Assembly: GCA_051439425.1 (NCBI GenBank)
Contig: JBFRWD010000103.1
Span: 1-64,000, forward strand
Direction of reading: 5' to 3'
Length of the DNA stretch: 64,000 bases
Source: Synechococcus sp.
GTDB lineage: Bacteria; Cyanobacteriota; Cyanobacteriia; Thermostichales; PCC-7336
Below, one piece after another: positions 30,361-40,422 of this stretch. The notes under the pieces are model-generated. The model searched no databases. It had not been told where the DNA came from and saw only the letters and a program-made list of their open reading frames with translations. Position 1 is the stretch's first letter; each line of letters begins with the position of its first letter. The position numbers and the translations under genes are program-made.

Positions 30361-30606
30361 TTAAAATGCAGCGACACTAGAGGCAAAGACGGCTTCAACA
30401 GATACGCCACAGACCCGACTGGGGCGAACAATCAAGAATTCATGTTCAAGCTGCTTGGGTAGGCGCACAAAATCGTCCCCACCCCCCCCAACAAAAAAAT
30501 CCTTCATCAACTTTGTCACTTCTTTGGGGCCACTGACTCGTACCTCTTCTCGGTGTCCGCCCTCCATCAAAATATGAACGTTAAATTCATCAGGTTTTCT
30601 GGACAT
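30361..30606 (-). CDS. Small conserved cyanobacterial hypothetical protein
   Basis: MSRKPDEFNVHILMEGGHREEVR...EFLIVRPS.V.GV.VE.VF.SS. Confidence 0.75.
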   Translation of the reverse strand: MSRKPDEFNVHILMEGGHREEVRVSGPKEVTKLMKDFFVGGGGDDFVRLPKQLEHEFLIVRPSRVCGVSVEAVFASSVAAF

Positions 30607-30735
30607 CTGACTTTCTTGGGTCGGCTACGGCATTTAGTCTTCCCCAACCAGTCGCAATTGCTTAGCGATCGTCCAGAATTCCCCGCTAGCGCGCCCTCCG
30701 ACTCCAATCGAGTGGGCTCGCTATGTCCTTGAACG

Positions 30736-31728
30736 TTAGTTCGACAGAGCCCCTTTTCCTTCACCGTGTCCCAATGCCCCCCTTGCATTCCGTTGCACTC
30801 GCGGTGCTTTTAGTCGCCGCAACGCCGAGGCTGGAAATCGCCGATCGAACTGTTCCGGCGTGCAATCGGCTAGCTGTTGGAGCGGGGGGGCGATGTTAGG
30901 CGCGTAAGGCTGAAAGTCTTCGACAGAGGTGGGTTGAGCAAACCGCTGATTCCAGGGACATACATCCTGACAAATATCGCAGCCAGCGACCCAGCCCTGC
31001 TGATGTTGGGTGATGTCATCGGGTAGTGCTTCGGCGTGACTTTCCAATGTGTGATACGCAATGCAATGATTAGAATCCACAACCCCCGGTTCCACGATCG
31101 CTGCGGTTGGACAGGCATCCAAACAGCGGGTGCAGGTACCGCAATGGGAAGTGTGCGGGGGATCGGGCGGTAGCTCTAGCGTTGTCAGAATTTCTCCCAG
31201 AAACAACCAGGAACCGAAATCCCGCGTCAAGAGCAAGCTATTTTTGCCAATCCATCCCAACCCTGCCTGCATGGCCCAGGGCTTCTCCGCAATTGGCCCC
31301 GTATCCACATAGAAGCGAGTCTGGCAGTCATACTCGGCCTCCATCCATGCAGATAGCGCCTTTAGACGCTTGCCCAGCACGCGATGATAATCCCGTCCCC
31401 AGGCATAACGCGAGATCTTCCCAACACCGGGTTCGTCACTGTGAGCATGGGGGGTGTAGTAATTGAGGGCAACGCAAACCAGCGATCGAGCCCCTGGCAA
31501 GATACGTTCGGGGGCCCACCGCTTGGGATTCTCCATCCAAGCCATGTCTGCCTGAAAACCAGCCGCCAGCCAGTCGGAAAGGCCTGCGAGATCGGGGGGA
31601 GCCTCTACACTAGCGATACCGATTTTGTCGAAACCTTGGGCAAGAGCGGCTTGTTTTACAGCACGGGCTATTGCGGTTGCTGGCATAACTTCGCCTGACG
31701 AGTCGCTTACAATAAGAGGGCTAGACAT
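30736..31728 (-). CDS. queG: Epoxyqueuosine reductase
   Basis: ISRYAWGRDYH, VDTGP, GWIGKN, CGTCTRCLDACPT, GCDICQDVCPWN. Confidence 0.96.
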   Translation of the reverse strand: MSSPLIVSDSSGEVMPATAIARAVKQAALAQGFDKIGIASVEAPPDLAGLSDWLAAGFQADMAWMENPKRWAPERILPGARSLVCVALNYYTPHAHSDEPGVGKISRYAWGRDYHRVLGKRLKALSAWMEAEYDCQTRFYVDTGPIAEKPWAMQAGLGWIGKNSLLLTRDFGSWLFLGEILTTLELPPDPPHTSHCGTCTRCLDACPTAAIVEPGVVDSNHCIAYHTLESHAEALPDDITQHQQGWVAGCDICQDVCPWNQRFAQPTSVEDFQPYAPNIAPPLQQLADCTPEQFDRRFPASALRRLKAPRVQRNARGALGHGEGKGALSN

Positions 31729-31759
31729 CCTCAGTTGTGTTAAGAGAGTGAACGAAACT

Positions 31760-32305
31760 ATGCAGCGCTTCCTCCCTCAGTCATTGGCTGCTGCTGGCGC
31801 TACCAGCTTACTGTTGCTGGCTGTTGCTGCCACCAATGTTCCCCTGAAGCCTGTTCGCGCTCAGTCTGGATTTGTTCTATCTGGAGCGGCCGATCGCGAT
31901 CGCGTGTTGCGGTACAGCTTGGATGATGGCACGGCACGTTCACGCGATCGCTACAAGCTGACCTTACCGGCTCAAGAGGTGGCTGTCGCAGAAATTCAAG
32001 TCAGCTTCGAGCAGAAATTTGACGGTCGCATCGATCCCGACCGAGTTCGGGTGGAAGTCGAGCGAGAAGAGGCAGAGATTGATGAAATCTTCTGGTCCCC
32101 CGAATTTAACTCCTTAGAAGTCGTCATGGCCGATCCCATCCCTGCTGGCCAGCGCATGCAAGTGGTTATGCCGGGGGCCCGGAATCCTAACGATTCTGGT
32201 TTTTACCGCATTCAGGGGCGTGTTCTCGGAACCGAGGCCAACCCCATCTTTCGGTATGTCGGCGAATGGATTGTGACAATCGAAACCAAGGCCAGTCAGC
32301 GTTAA
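31760..32305 (+). CDS. DUF2808 domain secreted protein
   Basis: Signal peptide, LRY.LD, DRY.L, PIPAG...V...RNP...G.Y, YVGEW. Confidence 0.8.
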   Translation: MQRFLPQSLAAAGATSLLLLAVAATNVPLKPVRAQSGFVLSGAADRDRVLRYSLDDGTARSRDRYKLTLPAQEVAVAEIQVSFEQKFDGRIDPDRVRVEVEREEAEIDEIFWSPEFNSLEVVMADPIPAGQRMQVVMPGARNPNDSGFYRIQGRVLGTEANPIFRYVGEWIVTIETKASQR

Positions 32306-32394
32306 CTCTCATTGACGTCACCTGATGACGCCATCTGACCACACAATCTGAAAACACAGCGACAACACTTGACGACCTGCGTGTTGCTCACCTC

Positions 32395-32423
32395 TCTCGG
32401 CATAGCCCCATGCCGAGAATTTT
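32395..32423 (+). terminator. Probable intrinsic terminator
   Basis: TCTCGGCAT-AGCCCC-ATGCCGAGA followed by ATTTT. Confidence 0.6.
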
Positions 32424-32512
32424 ATTGGGATGACAACTCGGTACCGAAAGTTGCGGCGATCGCGGGATGGGAGCAATTGACGTAGTAATCGCAACGATGA
32501 GATGGTTCACTC

Positions 32513-33463
32513 ATGTGTTTCTCTGGAGAGAGCTGGTTCATTCCGGCTTCGGTATTATCCAGATTCCGGCGCGAGTGGATTGACAGTGGAGCGAGTGGAT
32601 TGACATTGACTGTGTTAACAGATTTGCCAGGGACTATTCTGGCAACAACCGCTCAGCCCAACCTGTGGCAAGCGTTTTTGATGGGGATGATCCAAGGGCT
32701 AACCGAGTTCTTGCCTATAAGCAGTACGGCCCACCTGCGGATTCTGCCTGCACTGCTGGGGTGGCCTGACTTTGGCGTATCGTTCTCGGCAGTGATTCAA
32801 CTCGGTAGCGTAGTTGCAGTATTGATTTATTTTGCCCGCGACTTGCGCCAGGTTGCCACCGGAACCATTGCCTCCGTTCGCGAGCGCAAATGGGACACCT
32901 CAGAATTTCGGACATTTGTAGGGGTGATGCTGGGAACGCTACCCATCGTTGTCATTGGAGGCGGTATTAAGTACCTATATGGATCTACCCCCCGACAGCT
33001 GACGGTAATTGGGCTCGCACTGATTGTCGTTGGTGTCCTGATGGCGTTGGGCGATCGCATGGGTAAACGAGAACGGGCCATTCACCAGATTCAGATTTCC
33101 GACGGGTTGTTAGTCGGTCTGGCGCAAGCACTGGCGATTATTCCTGGTGTATCGCGATCGGGGGCCACGATTACCACGGGTCTATTTCTCGGGATGAGGA
33201 GAGATATGGCAGCCCGATTCGCATTTCTCTTGGGAATTCCAGCATTAACGTTAGCTGGGGTGGTTGAATTTATTTCCGAGTTCTCGACCGAAGGAATTCC
33301 AGCCCAACTGGTGGGCACGGCTTCAGCGTTATTGTTCTCCTACCTATCCATCGACTGGCTGCTGAAATTTTTGCAGAAGCGCAGCACAGATGTCTTTGTG
33401 GCCTACCGCATTTTTATGGGCGTGTTTCTCATCCTGGCCGCATTTACCGGCTTAATCCAATAG
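32513..33463 (+). CDS. uppP: Undecaprenyl-diphosphate phosphatase (true start probably further downstream)
   Basis: QGLTEFLPISSTAH, IQLG, AIIPGVSRSGATI, ARFAFLL. Confidence 0.96.
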   Translation: MCFSGESWFIPASVLSRFRREWIDSGASGLTLTVLTDLPGTILATTAQPNLWQAFLMGMIQGLTEFLPISSTAHLRILPALLGWPDFGVSFSAVIQLGSVVAVLIYFARDLRQVATGTIASVRERKWDTSEFRTFVGVMLGTLPIVVIGGGIKYLYGSTPRQLTVIGLALIVVGVLMALGDRMGKRERAIHQIQISDGLLVGLAQALAIIPGVSRSGATITTGLFLGMRRDMAARFAFLLGIPALTLAGVVEFISEFSTEGIPAQLVGTASALLFSYLSIDWLLKFLQKRSTDVFVAYRIFMGVFLILAAFTGLIQ

Positions 33464-33482
33464 AAGCAGGTCGAGCGGCATC

Positions 33483-34529
33483 GTGTTTGTGGATGAACAA
33501 GTGTTTGTGGATGAACAAGCTACTGTGACGAGCAATCCATCTTCAGCCATCCATTGCTGGCGATTGGATGTTCGCCCCTATCGACGTCCGTTTCTTCAGC
33601 CTCTGGTGACCACTCACGGCCAGTGGTCTGTACGTGATGGGGCGATTGTCCGACTATCAGCTCGGGGACATGTTGGGTATGGAGAGCTAGCCCCAATCCC
33701 CTGGTTTGGCTCGGAATCATTGGCGGAGGCGTTGGATTTTTGTGCCTGTCTGGAGGGCCTTCTCACGGTCGAAAGGCTAGCTGAAATTCCCGATCGCTTC
33801 CCAGCCACTCAGTTCGCTCTCGAATCCGCCTGGTCTGATTGGATGTTTGCTGAGTCCGAGTCAGTCAATTCAAACGATTTGGATGAACCCTCCGGTTTGC
33901 CGGTGTGTGGGCTGTTACCAACCGGCGAGGCCGCATTACAGGCCTGGCCAAATTTATTGGAACGGGGATATACAACCCTGAAGTGGAAAGTTGGCGTTGT
34001 CGATCGCGCCCTAGAACTGGCATGGTTGCATCAGCTTGTGAAGGCGCTACCGTCAGATATTGCGTTGCGTCTGGATGCAAATGGTGGTCTGGATGTAACA
34101 GGTGCTGCTGATTGGCTGCAAGCCTGCGATCGCCTCCCGATCGAGTTTCTCGAACAACCTCTACCGGCTACTGAATTTGAGAATCTGCTCCAGCTTCAGC
34201 ATCGGTTCGCTACTCCTATTGCCTTGGACGAAGCGGTTGCAACCTTAGACGACCTGCTGCAGTGCATCGCTCGAGGCTGGGATGGCATTGTGGTTATCAA
34301 ACCCGCCATCTGCGGATTTCCCTCGCGAGTCCAGCAGGTTTGCCAAGCTCATCAACTGGACGTAGTGGTTTCGTCTGTTCTGGAAACTCCTGTGGGTCAG
34401 AAAGCCGCCCGTTTGTGTGCCCGCGAGATCGGTAGCCATCGAGCTGTAGGTTTTGGAATAGACCATTTACTACAACCCGTTCCGAGTCACTGGCCCGCTA
34501 GTCTATGGCAGACTTCACCACCCTCCTAA
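33483..34529 (+). CDS. menC: o-succinylbenzoate synthase
   Basis: GELAPIPWFGSE, TLKWKVG, LRLDANG, EFLEQP, IALDE; adjacent to menE. Confidence 0.93.
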   Translation: MFVDEQVFVDEQATVTSNPSSAIHCWRLDVRPYRRPFLQPLVTTHGQWSVRDGAIVRLSARGHVGYGELAPIPWFGSESLAEALDFCACLEGLLTVERLAEIPDRFPATQFALESAWSDWMFAESESVNSNDLDEPSGLPVCGLLPTGEAALQAWPNLLERGYTTLKWKVGVVDRALELAWLHQLVKALPSDIALRLDANGGLDVTGAADWLQACDRLPIEFLEQPLPATEFENLLQLQHRFATPIALDEAVATLDDLLQCIARGWDGIVVIKPAICGFPSRVQQVCQAHQLDVVVSSVLETPVGQKAARLCAREIGSHRAVGFGIDHLLQPVPSHWPASLWQTSPPS

Positions 34530-35977
34530 TCGACCGATCGGTGACCTCATGGATACACCACCCTGAGGCCCATCGCTTTGACGAGTGGTTTGATACCGCA
34601 CACCAACAGCTAGCCAAGCTTGCTGGCAGCTCTCAGCGTATTGTATTGAGCGATCGCCATCCGGTCAGGTTCTTGGCTCGCTTGGCTGCAATTCACGCCA
34701 GCGGCCACGTTGTCTTCCTAGGCAATCCCGATTGGGCAGATCGGGAATGGCAACAGGTGCGGGAGATTGTCCGACCCCAGGCAATTCTGGGCGATACGCC
34801 TCTAGCCGATTCGACAGAGCCATGCAAGTCAGTAGTCGTACGCAAGCCAACAGCAAACTTGCATGACGTCGACCTGCCAACTAGTGCCGATGGGGCTCTT
34901 ATTTGCATTCCAACAGGTGGCACCTCCGGTCAGCTCAAATTCGCCTGTCATACCTGGACAACTCTGACTGCTGCAGCCGTTGCGCTACACCAACATCTGG
35001 GCAACCCTTCCCCCTTAAATTCGTTTTGTCTACTGCCGTTATTTCACGTGAGTGGGTTGATGCAGTTTGTGCGATCGCTGGTCACTGGCGGCCAATTATT
35101 CCTTGGGCAATCCAAACAATTTTTGGCCGGAAACTACCGAGCTATCCCTCCTGATACGTGGTGTCTGTCACTGGTGCCGACACAGCTGAAACGAGCAATT
35201 GATACCCCTGAACTGGTCGAGTGGCTAATGGGCTGTCGAGTTATTTTCCTAGGAGGAGCCCCCGCCTGGCCCTCATTGTTAGACGCTGCTCGCAGATTAC
35301 GATTGCCCATCGCTCCTGCCTACGGAGCCACCGAGACTGCAGCTCAAGTCGCGACGCTTCTGCCTCAAGCCTTTCTGGCCGGAGTACAAGATTGTGCCGA
35401 CCTGTTACCTCATGTGTCGATCGACATTCTCGATCGGGCGGGCGATCGCCTACCAGTCAATCGAGTCGGACGACTGGCGATTCAATCGCCATCTCTTGCT
35501 CTAGGCTACGTGCCGGCATCGCAAGTTCAATCCAGAACATCTGCTGGATGGGTACCGGACGATATCGGCTACCTCGATGGGGAGGGTCGCTTGCACGTGC
35601 TGGGGCGCAGTAGTGACACCATTATGACCGGAGGCGAAAATGTCTTTCCTGCGGAGGTTGAGGCTGCTATTCGGGACACCCAACTCGTTGAGGATGTTGC
35701 CGTTATTGGGGTGCCGGATGAGGAGTGGGGGGAAGTGGTGACAGCACTGTGCGTCGTTAAAACCTCTATCCATTCGACAGTCTCTGAGGATATTGTGCGA
35801 GCAGAAAGCACCCGTTCAGTCAGCTTGACGACGATTGCAACAGTCCTAAGCACTCAACTGGCGCGCTACAAACACCCGAAACGCTGGGCGATTGTTGAGG
35901 TCCTTCCCCGCAACCGACGTGGAAAAATCGATCGCCATCAGTTGAGGCAGCTTGCGGACGATGCTGTATGGCTGTAG
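34505..35977 (+). CDS. menE: 2-succinylbenzoate--CoA ligase
   Basis: IPTGGTSG, LPLFHVSG, SLVPTQL, YGATET, TGGENV.P.EVE. Confidence 0.92.
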   Translation: MADFTTLLIDRSVTSWIHHPEAHRFDEWFDTAHQQLAKLAGSSQRIVLSDRHPVRFLARLAAIHASGHVVFLGNPDWADREWQQVREIVRPQAILGDTPLADSTEPCKSVVVRKPTANLHDVDLPTSADGALICIPTGGTSGQLKFACHTWTTLTAAAVALHQHLGNPSPLNSFCLLPLFHVSGLMQFVRSLVTGGQLFLGQSKQFLAGNYRAIPPDTWCLSLVPTQLKRAIDTPELVEWLMGCRVIFLGGAPAWPSLLDAARRLRLPIAPAYGATETAAQVATLLPQAFLAGVQDCADLLPHVSIDILDRAGDRLPVNRVGRLAIQSPSLALGYVPASQVQSRTSAGWVPDDIGYLDGEGRLHVLGRSSDTIMTGGENVFPAEVEAAIRDTQLVEDVAVIGVPDEEWGEVVTALCVVKTSIHSTVSEDIVRAESTRSVSLTTIATVLSTQLARYKHPKRWAIVEVLPRNRRGKIDRHQLRQLADDAVWL

Positions 35978-36160
35978 GCGCTGGCTGTCCTAACTGTCCT
36001 CTGTCCAACCCAAACATGGCGATCGTGCTGTTACGCCAGTTGAAAAACCTGAGGGCGATCGCCCTCATCCGCAAACCTTATATCTAGAAGCAGGCAGTAG
36101 CCCGTTAGAACCCAGGAGAATCAAAGTCCGAGGCTAAGTCAAGGGCTGTACCATCTCATG

Positions 36161-36255
36161 TATAGTGTTTGCCATTCCAGTTAGGACAAAGAGGTTCAAT
36201 CTCAGTCAAGGCTGGACACAGCTGAAATGTTCGCGTTGGTATGACCACTGCCATA
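36161..36255 (+). repeat. Dispersed element family 2, copy J (95 bp)
   Basis: TATAGTGTTTGCCATTCCAGTTAGGACAA...AGCTGAAATGT...TATGACCACTGCCATA; colinear with 45104 and 47663. Confidence 0.8.
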
Positions 36256-36290
36256 TCCGATTGGTGGCGAGCCCTAATGCTTTCAAACAG

Positions 36291-36319
36291 AAAAAACCCC
36301 CGATCGGTAGGTCGGGGGT
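36291..36319 (-). terminator. Intrinsic terminator (minus strand)
   Basis: ACCCCCGAC-loop-ATCGGGGGT then TTTTT on the minus strand. Confidence 0.7.
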
Positions 36320-36492
36320 CTGATTCATCACTATCACAACCTCCTTAGAGCAGAGAGTTGGTTCTCATCACCACTCGACACGAGGTACTCATACTGTGCC
36401 CAGAGGTTCCGCACAAATACCTAAAGTTCCGATAAAGTTGGTAGCCAATTATGAAGCTTGTATAAATTTGGCTCTGACTTGGTGCGTCATGA

Positions 36493-37161
36493 CTAAGGTT
36501 CGATAAATTGGTGCATACCCGCGCGCGCCGGATCGAAGTCATGTGGAAAGCGAGTATCTGCATCGTAGACTGCTTGAGTTAAGTCAGCCCGAACCAGCTT
36601 GGTATCTTCTAAGTCTGCGCCGCGTAAATCTGAATGGCGTAGACTAGCCCCTTCCAAAATGGCGTGATGCAATTTAGCACCGCGTAGGTTCGTGCGTTCA
36701 ATATTGGCAGCCGTCAGGTTCGTTTTGCTGAGATTGGCAAATCCGAGCGTTGCTCCGCGAAAGTCAGCTCGCTGCAAATTGCTGCGATCCATATCGACCT
36801 TGGTCAGCGTCGCCCCCCATAGCGACACCCCCGTAAAGTTGGTGCCAATCGCTGTTGCTCCCGATAGGTCAGCATTGGCCAAATTCGCATTCTCTAGATT
36901 GGCTTTGGATAGTAGAGCGTACTCCAAGCTGGCTCGCTTTAGAATCGCTTTGCAAAGATTGACGCCATTCAAATTGGCTCGCTCCAAATCTGCGCCGCTT
37001 AAATCGGCTTCTCTAAAGTCTGCCAGTTCCATACGGGCAAATTCCATCTCCGCATTGCAGAGAATGATGCCTTTCAGTTTGGCTCCCTGAAGGTTTGCCG
37101 CGCTTAGCTGAGCCCGTTTAAATCGGCGATCGCCATCCCGATAGGCTTCCAACAATTCCAT
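36493..37161 (-). CDS. Pentapeptide repeat protein
   Basis: ELLEAY..GDRRF start; continuous A(D/N)LxxA repeats; YDADTRFP.DFDP tail. Confidence 0.95.
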   Translation of the reverse strand: MELLEAYRDGDRRFKRAQLSAANLQGAKLKGIILCNAEMEFARMELADFREADLSGADLERANLNGVNLCKAILKRASLEYALLSKANLENANLANADLSGATAIGTNFTGVSLWGATLTKVDMDRSNLQRADFRGATLGFANLSKTNLTAANIERTNLRGAKLHHAILEGASLRHSDLRGADLEDTKLVRADLTQAVYDADTRFPHDFDPARAGMHQFIEP

Positions 37162-37895
37162 CGAACCCGCTACTTTGACCACCAACCAATCCCCAAACAA
37201 TCGTGCTTGACACTTGAGTTAAACCAACACTTTCTACATGCAGTCAGCATTACCCGTAGTGGAGAGATCCACGGCGATGTTACTCCCGCTGTCCTCCCAA
37301 ACTATAGCTAGTTCCTAATGTTCCCTGGAGTTTTCGGTACTTACCCAAAAAGTTAGCGCAAGAGATTGAAATCGGCTGCAAAAACAAGTCTAAACGGCTT
37401 GGATTTGTCCCTCCATAGACGATATTGCCAGCTAGAAGCGACTACCAGCGTGCGAGTTGAACTTGCGAGCCGATTGTCCAAATCTACATATATCTAGAAG
37501 TGCTACCCAGTGCTAAATGCTCAAAACTCCGCAGAAGTGATGATAGCGGCCACTGGCCCAAAATACTTGGAAAGTCCTGACCGCAACGGCTCTTTGCGGA
37601 ACTCGGACAACATTACCCCGTGAAGCTAAAAGGAGATTGCTGAAGACAGAACCCGCTCGGGAAACTCGGAACAATAGAATTCATACCAGTAAGAGCAGCC
37701 TCACTGATATCACTTTAGGTACATACCGACTTCTTAAGTTCAAATTTTTACAATACGAAATCGGTTTATGCAGAATCGATCTCCTTTACGCTGCGGCCCT
37801 AAAAGCGGATAAAGAGCATATGAATGCAGGAGCTAATCTTCTGCCGAACAGTATAAAAACTGCTCGACCTACCGTTGCATATCCCACGAGAGAAA

Positions 37896-37967
37896 AGGTG
37901 GCGGCCAGATTCGAACTGGCGAATCGAGGATTTGCAATCCTCTGCCTTACCACTTGGCCACGCCACC
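37896..37967 (-). tRNA. trnC: tRNA-Cys(GCA)
   Basis: GGTGGCGTGGCCAAGTGGTAAGGCAGAGGATTGCAAATCCTCGATTCGCCAGTTCGAATCTGGCCGCCACCT; U discriminator. Confidence 0.97.
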
Positions 37968-38070
37968 GTAGCGAGTAACAGTGTAGCGCGTCACCTTCAC
38001 AAGTCAGCAGTTTTTTCGAAATGTGTTCACCCAAGGCTTCAATCGAGCCTTCTTAGATTAGAGAAATCTA

Positions 38071-38928
38071 CTATCCCACTGCTATCTGTGCCGATTGAAA
38101 TGCCTGCCATGCCTTGTAAAGCGTAAACGCTGACAACCCCAGCATCAGAGCCCGAAACATCATACTGATGGAGCGCTCGGGAAGTTTGGGCAAAAAACGG
38201 GTGCCTAGCTGCGCTCCGATCAATCCTCCAGCACCAACGGCCAGACCAGCCATCCAGATTACATTGCCGCGAGCGGTATGCCCCAACGTATTGAACAGTG
38301 ACGTCAGCACTATCGCCCCCAAGCTGGTCTGAATCGCAGCTTTGATGCGCTCGTTCAACAGTAAAATCTGCAGCGGCACCATAATGACACCACCACCAAC
38401 GCCGAACAGCCCTGCTGTCAGACCGGCGAGTCCTCCTGTCCCCCAACGGGCGATGGCAGTATTTGGATTTCTCGATCCAGATTGTCGAAACTCAGACGAA
38501 TCTGCTCCGGCTAGAGCCCCGTTAATAGCAGACGAGGATGCCTGTGAAATGGCTTGCTTCTTCAGAGAGATTAGATAGACGTTCAGCAGAAGTAATAGGG
38601 CAAAACCGGCAAGCAGACCGTATTCGGGAATGAGATCGCTGGCAATGAAGACTCCCACCTGACCGGCGATCGCAGCAGGAATGCCCAGAGCCAGAACATG
38701 TCGCAATTGCAAGGCTCCAGTTTTCCAGTTCCGCGTAGTCCCGGAGGTGGCCGTCATGAAAATGGCTAAATTACTGGTGGCCGTTGCTTGCAGCCCTTCA
38801 ACACCCGTGGCTACTAACAGGGGAACAACCAGTGTGCCCCCCCCAATTCCCAGCAAACCTGCCACTACTCCGGCAACAACTCCACCGCTCATCAAAACCG
38901 CGATCGAGCCAATTGAGCCAATATCCAT
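38071..38928 (-). CDS. Sulfite exporter TauE/SafE family
   Basis: Duplicated GLLGIGGG...VP / GLFGVGGG...VP, ATATS/AIQTSL. Confidence 0.92.
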   Translation of the reverse strand: MDIGSIGSIAVLMSGGVVAGVVAGLLGIGGGTLVVPLLVATGVEGLQATATSNLAIFMTATSGTTRNWKTGALQLRHVLALGIPAAIAGQVGVFIASDLIPEYGLLAGFALLLLLNVYLISLKKQAISQASSSAINGALAGADSSEFRQSGSRNPNTAIARWGTGGLAGLTAGLFGVGGGVIMVPLQILLLNERIKAAIQTSLGAIVLTSLFNTLGHTARGNVIWMAGLAVGAGGLIGAQLGTRFLPKLPERSISMMFRALMLGLSAFTLYKAWQAFQSAQIAVG

Positions 38929-39084
38929 CACATCTATGCCTTTACTCGATATCTGGCTCGCGTCAGCGGGCACGCAGGTAGTGATGTCAAGCTTGCTATT
39001 AAGGGCAGCCATCCAGCAGAACAACGCGGTGCAGCAAGCCTGGTGGGCGAACGATTTGCCCATCACTTGTCTGCTGACAGAGCA

Positions 39085-40149
39085 CTACCGTGTGGGCAAC
39101 AGTATCATGCCGTCTCCAAAGGAATAGAAGCGATAGCCGGTAGTTAAGCACTCGGCGTACAGGTCTAACAACCGATCGCGGCCGATCGCAGCACTAATCA
39201 TCATTAATAGCGTCGATTTGGGTAAATGAAAATTGGTAATCAGACCATCCAGCACCCGCCAATCGTAGCCGGGGTAAATAAACAGGTGGCTCTTGCCGCA
39301 AAACGGCTCTAGCGGTCCCGCTTGGGCGGCTGTCTCCAACGACCGAGCAACCGTGGTTCCAACGGCTATCACCCGCCCACCTGCGGCCTGAGTTGCTGCA
39401 ATCTTATCGACAGTAGCGCTGGGAACATCGATCCATTCCCCGTGCATTTGGTGTTCCAAAATAGTGTCAACTTCTACGGGACGAAACGTCCCCAGGCCAA
39501 CGTGCAACGTCACGGTTGTTGTGGAAATGCCGCGATCGCTCAGCCGCTGCAAAAGTTCGGGGGTAAAGTGCAGGCCAGCCGTAGGGGCAGCAACGGCTCC
39601 GGGCTCGGTGGCGTATACCGTCTGGTATTGCTCGTCATTCGCCAGCCGCTCTTTAACGTAAGGAGGAAAGGGAATTATCCCGGCTCGGTCAATGGTGGAA
39701 AAAAACGTTTCGCCTGCGGGCCACTGAAACTTGAGCAATCGTCCGCCAGTTTCGGGATGTTTGGCGATCGCCGTAGCCTGCAGTCCTGCCTCAAAGTGCA
39801 GTTGAGTCCCCACTGGAATTCTGCGCCCAGGCTTGACCAACGCCAACCACGTATCGCCGTCCACCTGCTCTAACAACAGCGCTTCTACAGCACCACCAGT
39901 CGATTTTTGACCTAACAGCCGGGCGGGGATCACCTTGGTATTGTTTAGCACCAGTACATCACCCGGTTTTAAAACATCGGGCAGGTCTGTGAAGTGCTGG
40001 TGAGCGTGTTCGGCAGCTTCTACAACCAACATGCGGGCCCGATCTCGAGGTTCCACGGGTTGCTGGGCAATTGCATCTGGCGGTAACTCGTAGTCGTAGG
40101 ACTGTGTCAGTAAATCTGCGGGGGTTTGTGGCTGAGAGGTAAAAGGCAT
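39085..40149 (-). CDS. queA: S-adenosylmethionine:tRNA ribosyltransferase-isomerase
   Basis: YDYELP..IAQ, NNTKVIPAR, YQTVYA, AVAAPTAGLHF, TNFHLPKSTL, YRFYSFGD. Confidence 0.98.
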   Translation of the reverse strand: MPFTSQPQTPADLLTQSYDYELPPDAIAQQPVEPRDRARMLVVEAAEHAHQHFTDLPDVLKPGDVLVLNNTKVIPARLLGQKSTGGAVEALLLEQVDGDTWLALVKPGRRIPVGTQLHFEAGLQATAIAKHPETGGRLLKFQWPAGETFFSTIDRAGIIPFPPYVKERLANDEQYQTVYATEPGAVAAPTAGLHFTPELLQRLSDRGISTTTVTLHVGLGTFRPVEVDTILEHQMHGEWIDVPSATVDKIAATQAAGGRVIAVGTTVARSLETAAQAGPLEPFCGKSHLFIYPGYDWRVLDGLITNFHLPKSTLLMMISAAIGRDRLLDLYAECLTTGYRFYSFGDGMILLPTR

Positions 40150-40422
40150 GCGATCGAGGCGACAGAGAACAGTACGGCCTGCAGATATCTTAGGCACTAA
40201 GCGGTTAAATTGAGAGAATTCGCAGACTCCGTGCATAGTCAGCAGCTCTTAATGACCGCTGCTTGAGCCACTGACGTGCTCGGATATCGCGATTTCTTCG
40301 CTTAGCAACCTGTGCTGGCAAGCCGTACGGTCGCTTGGAACTGCACAATCTTGATTGCACAATCGCCTCTTTAATTACACGGCAATGATTCGGTTTCGCA
40401 ACAACAGCAGTGTGAGTGAGCA

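Noticed and set aside
37637..38126. ORFs around tRNA-Cys and a possible integration site
   Set aside because: They overlap the tRNA; no integrase or duplicated tRNA 3' end found.
30736..40149. queG and queA as a queuosine or DNA-modification cluster
   Set aside because: 7 kb apart with unrelated genes between; no dpd or tgt-like genes.
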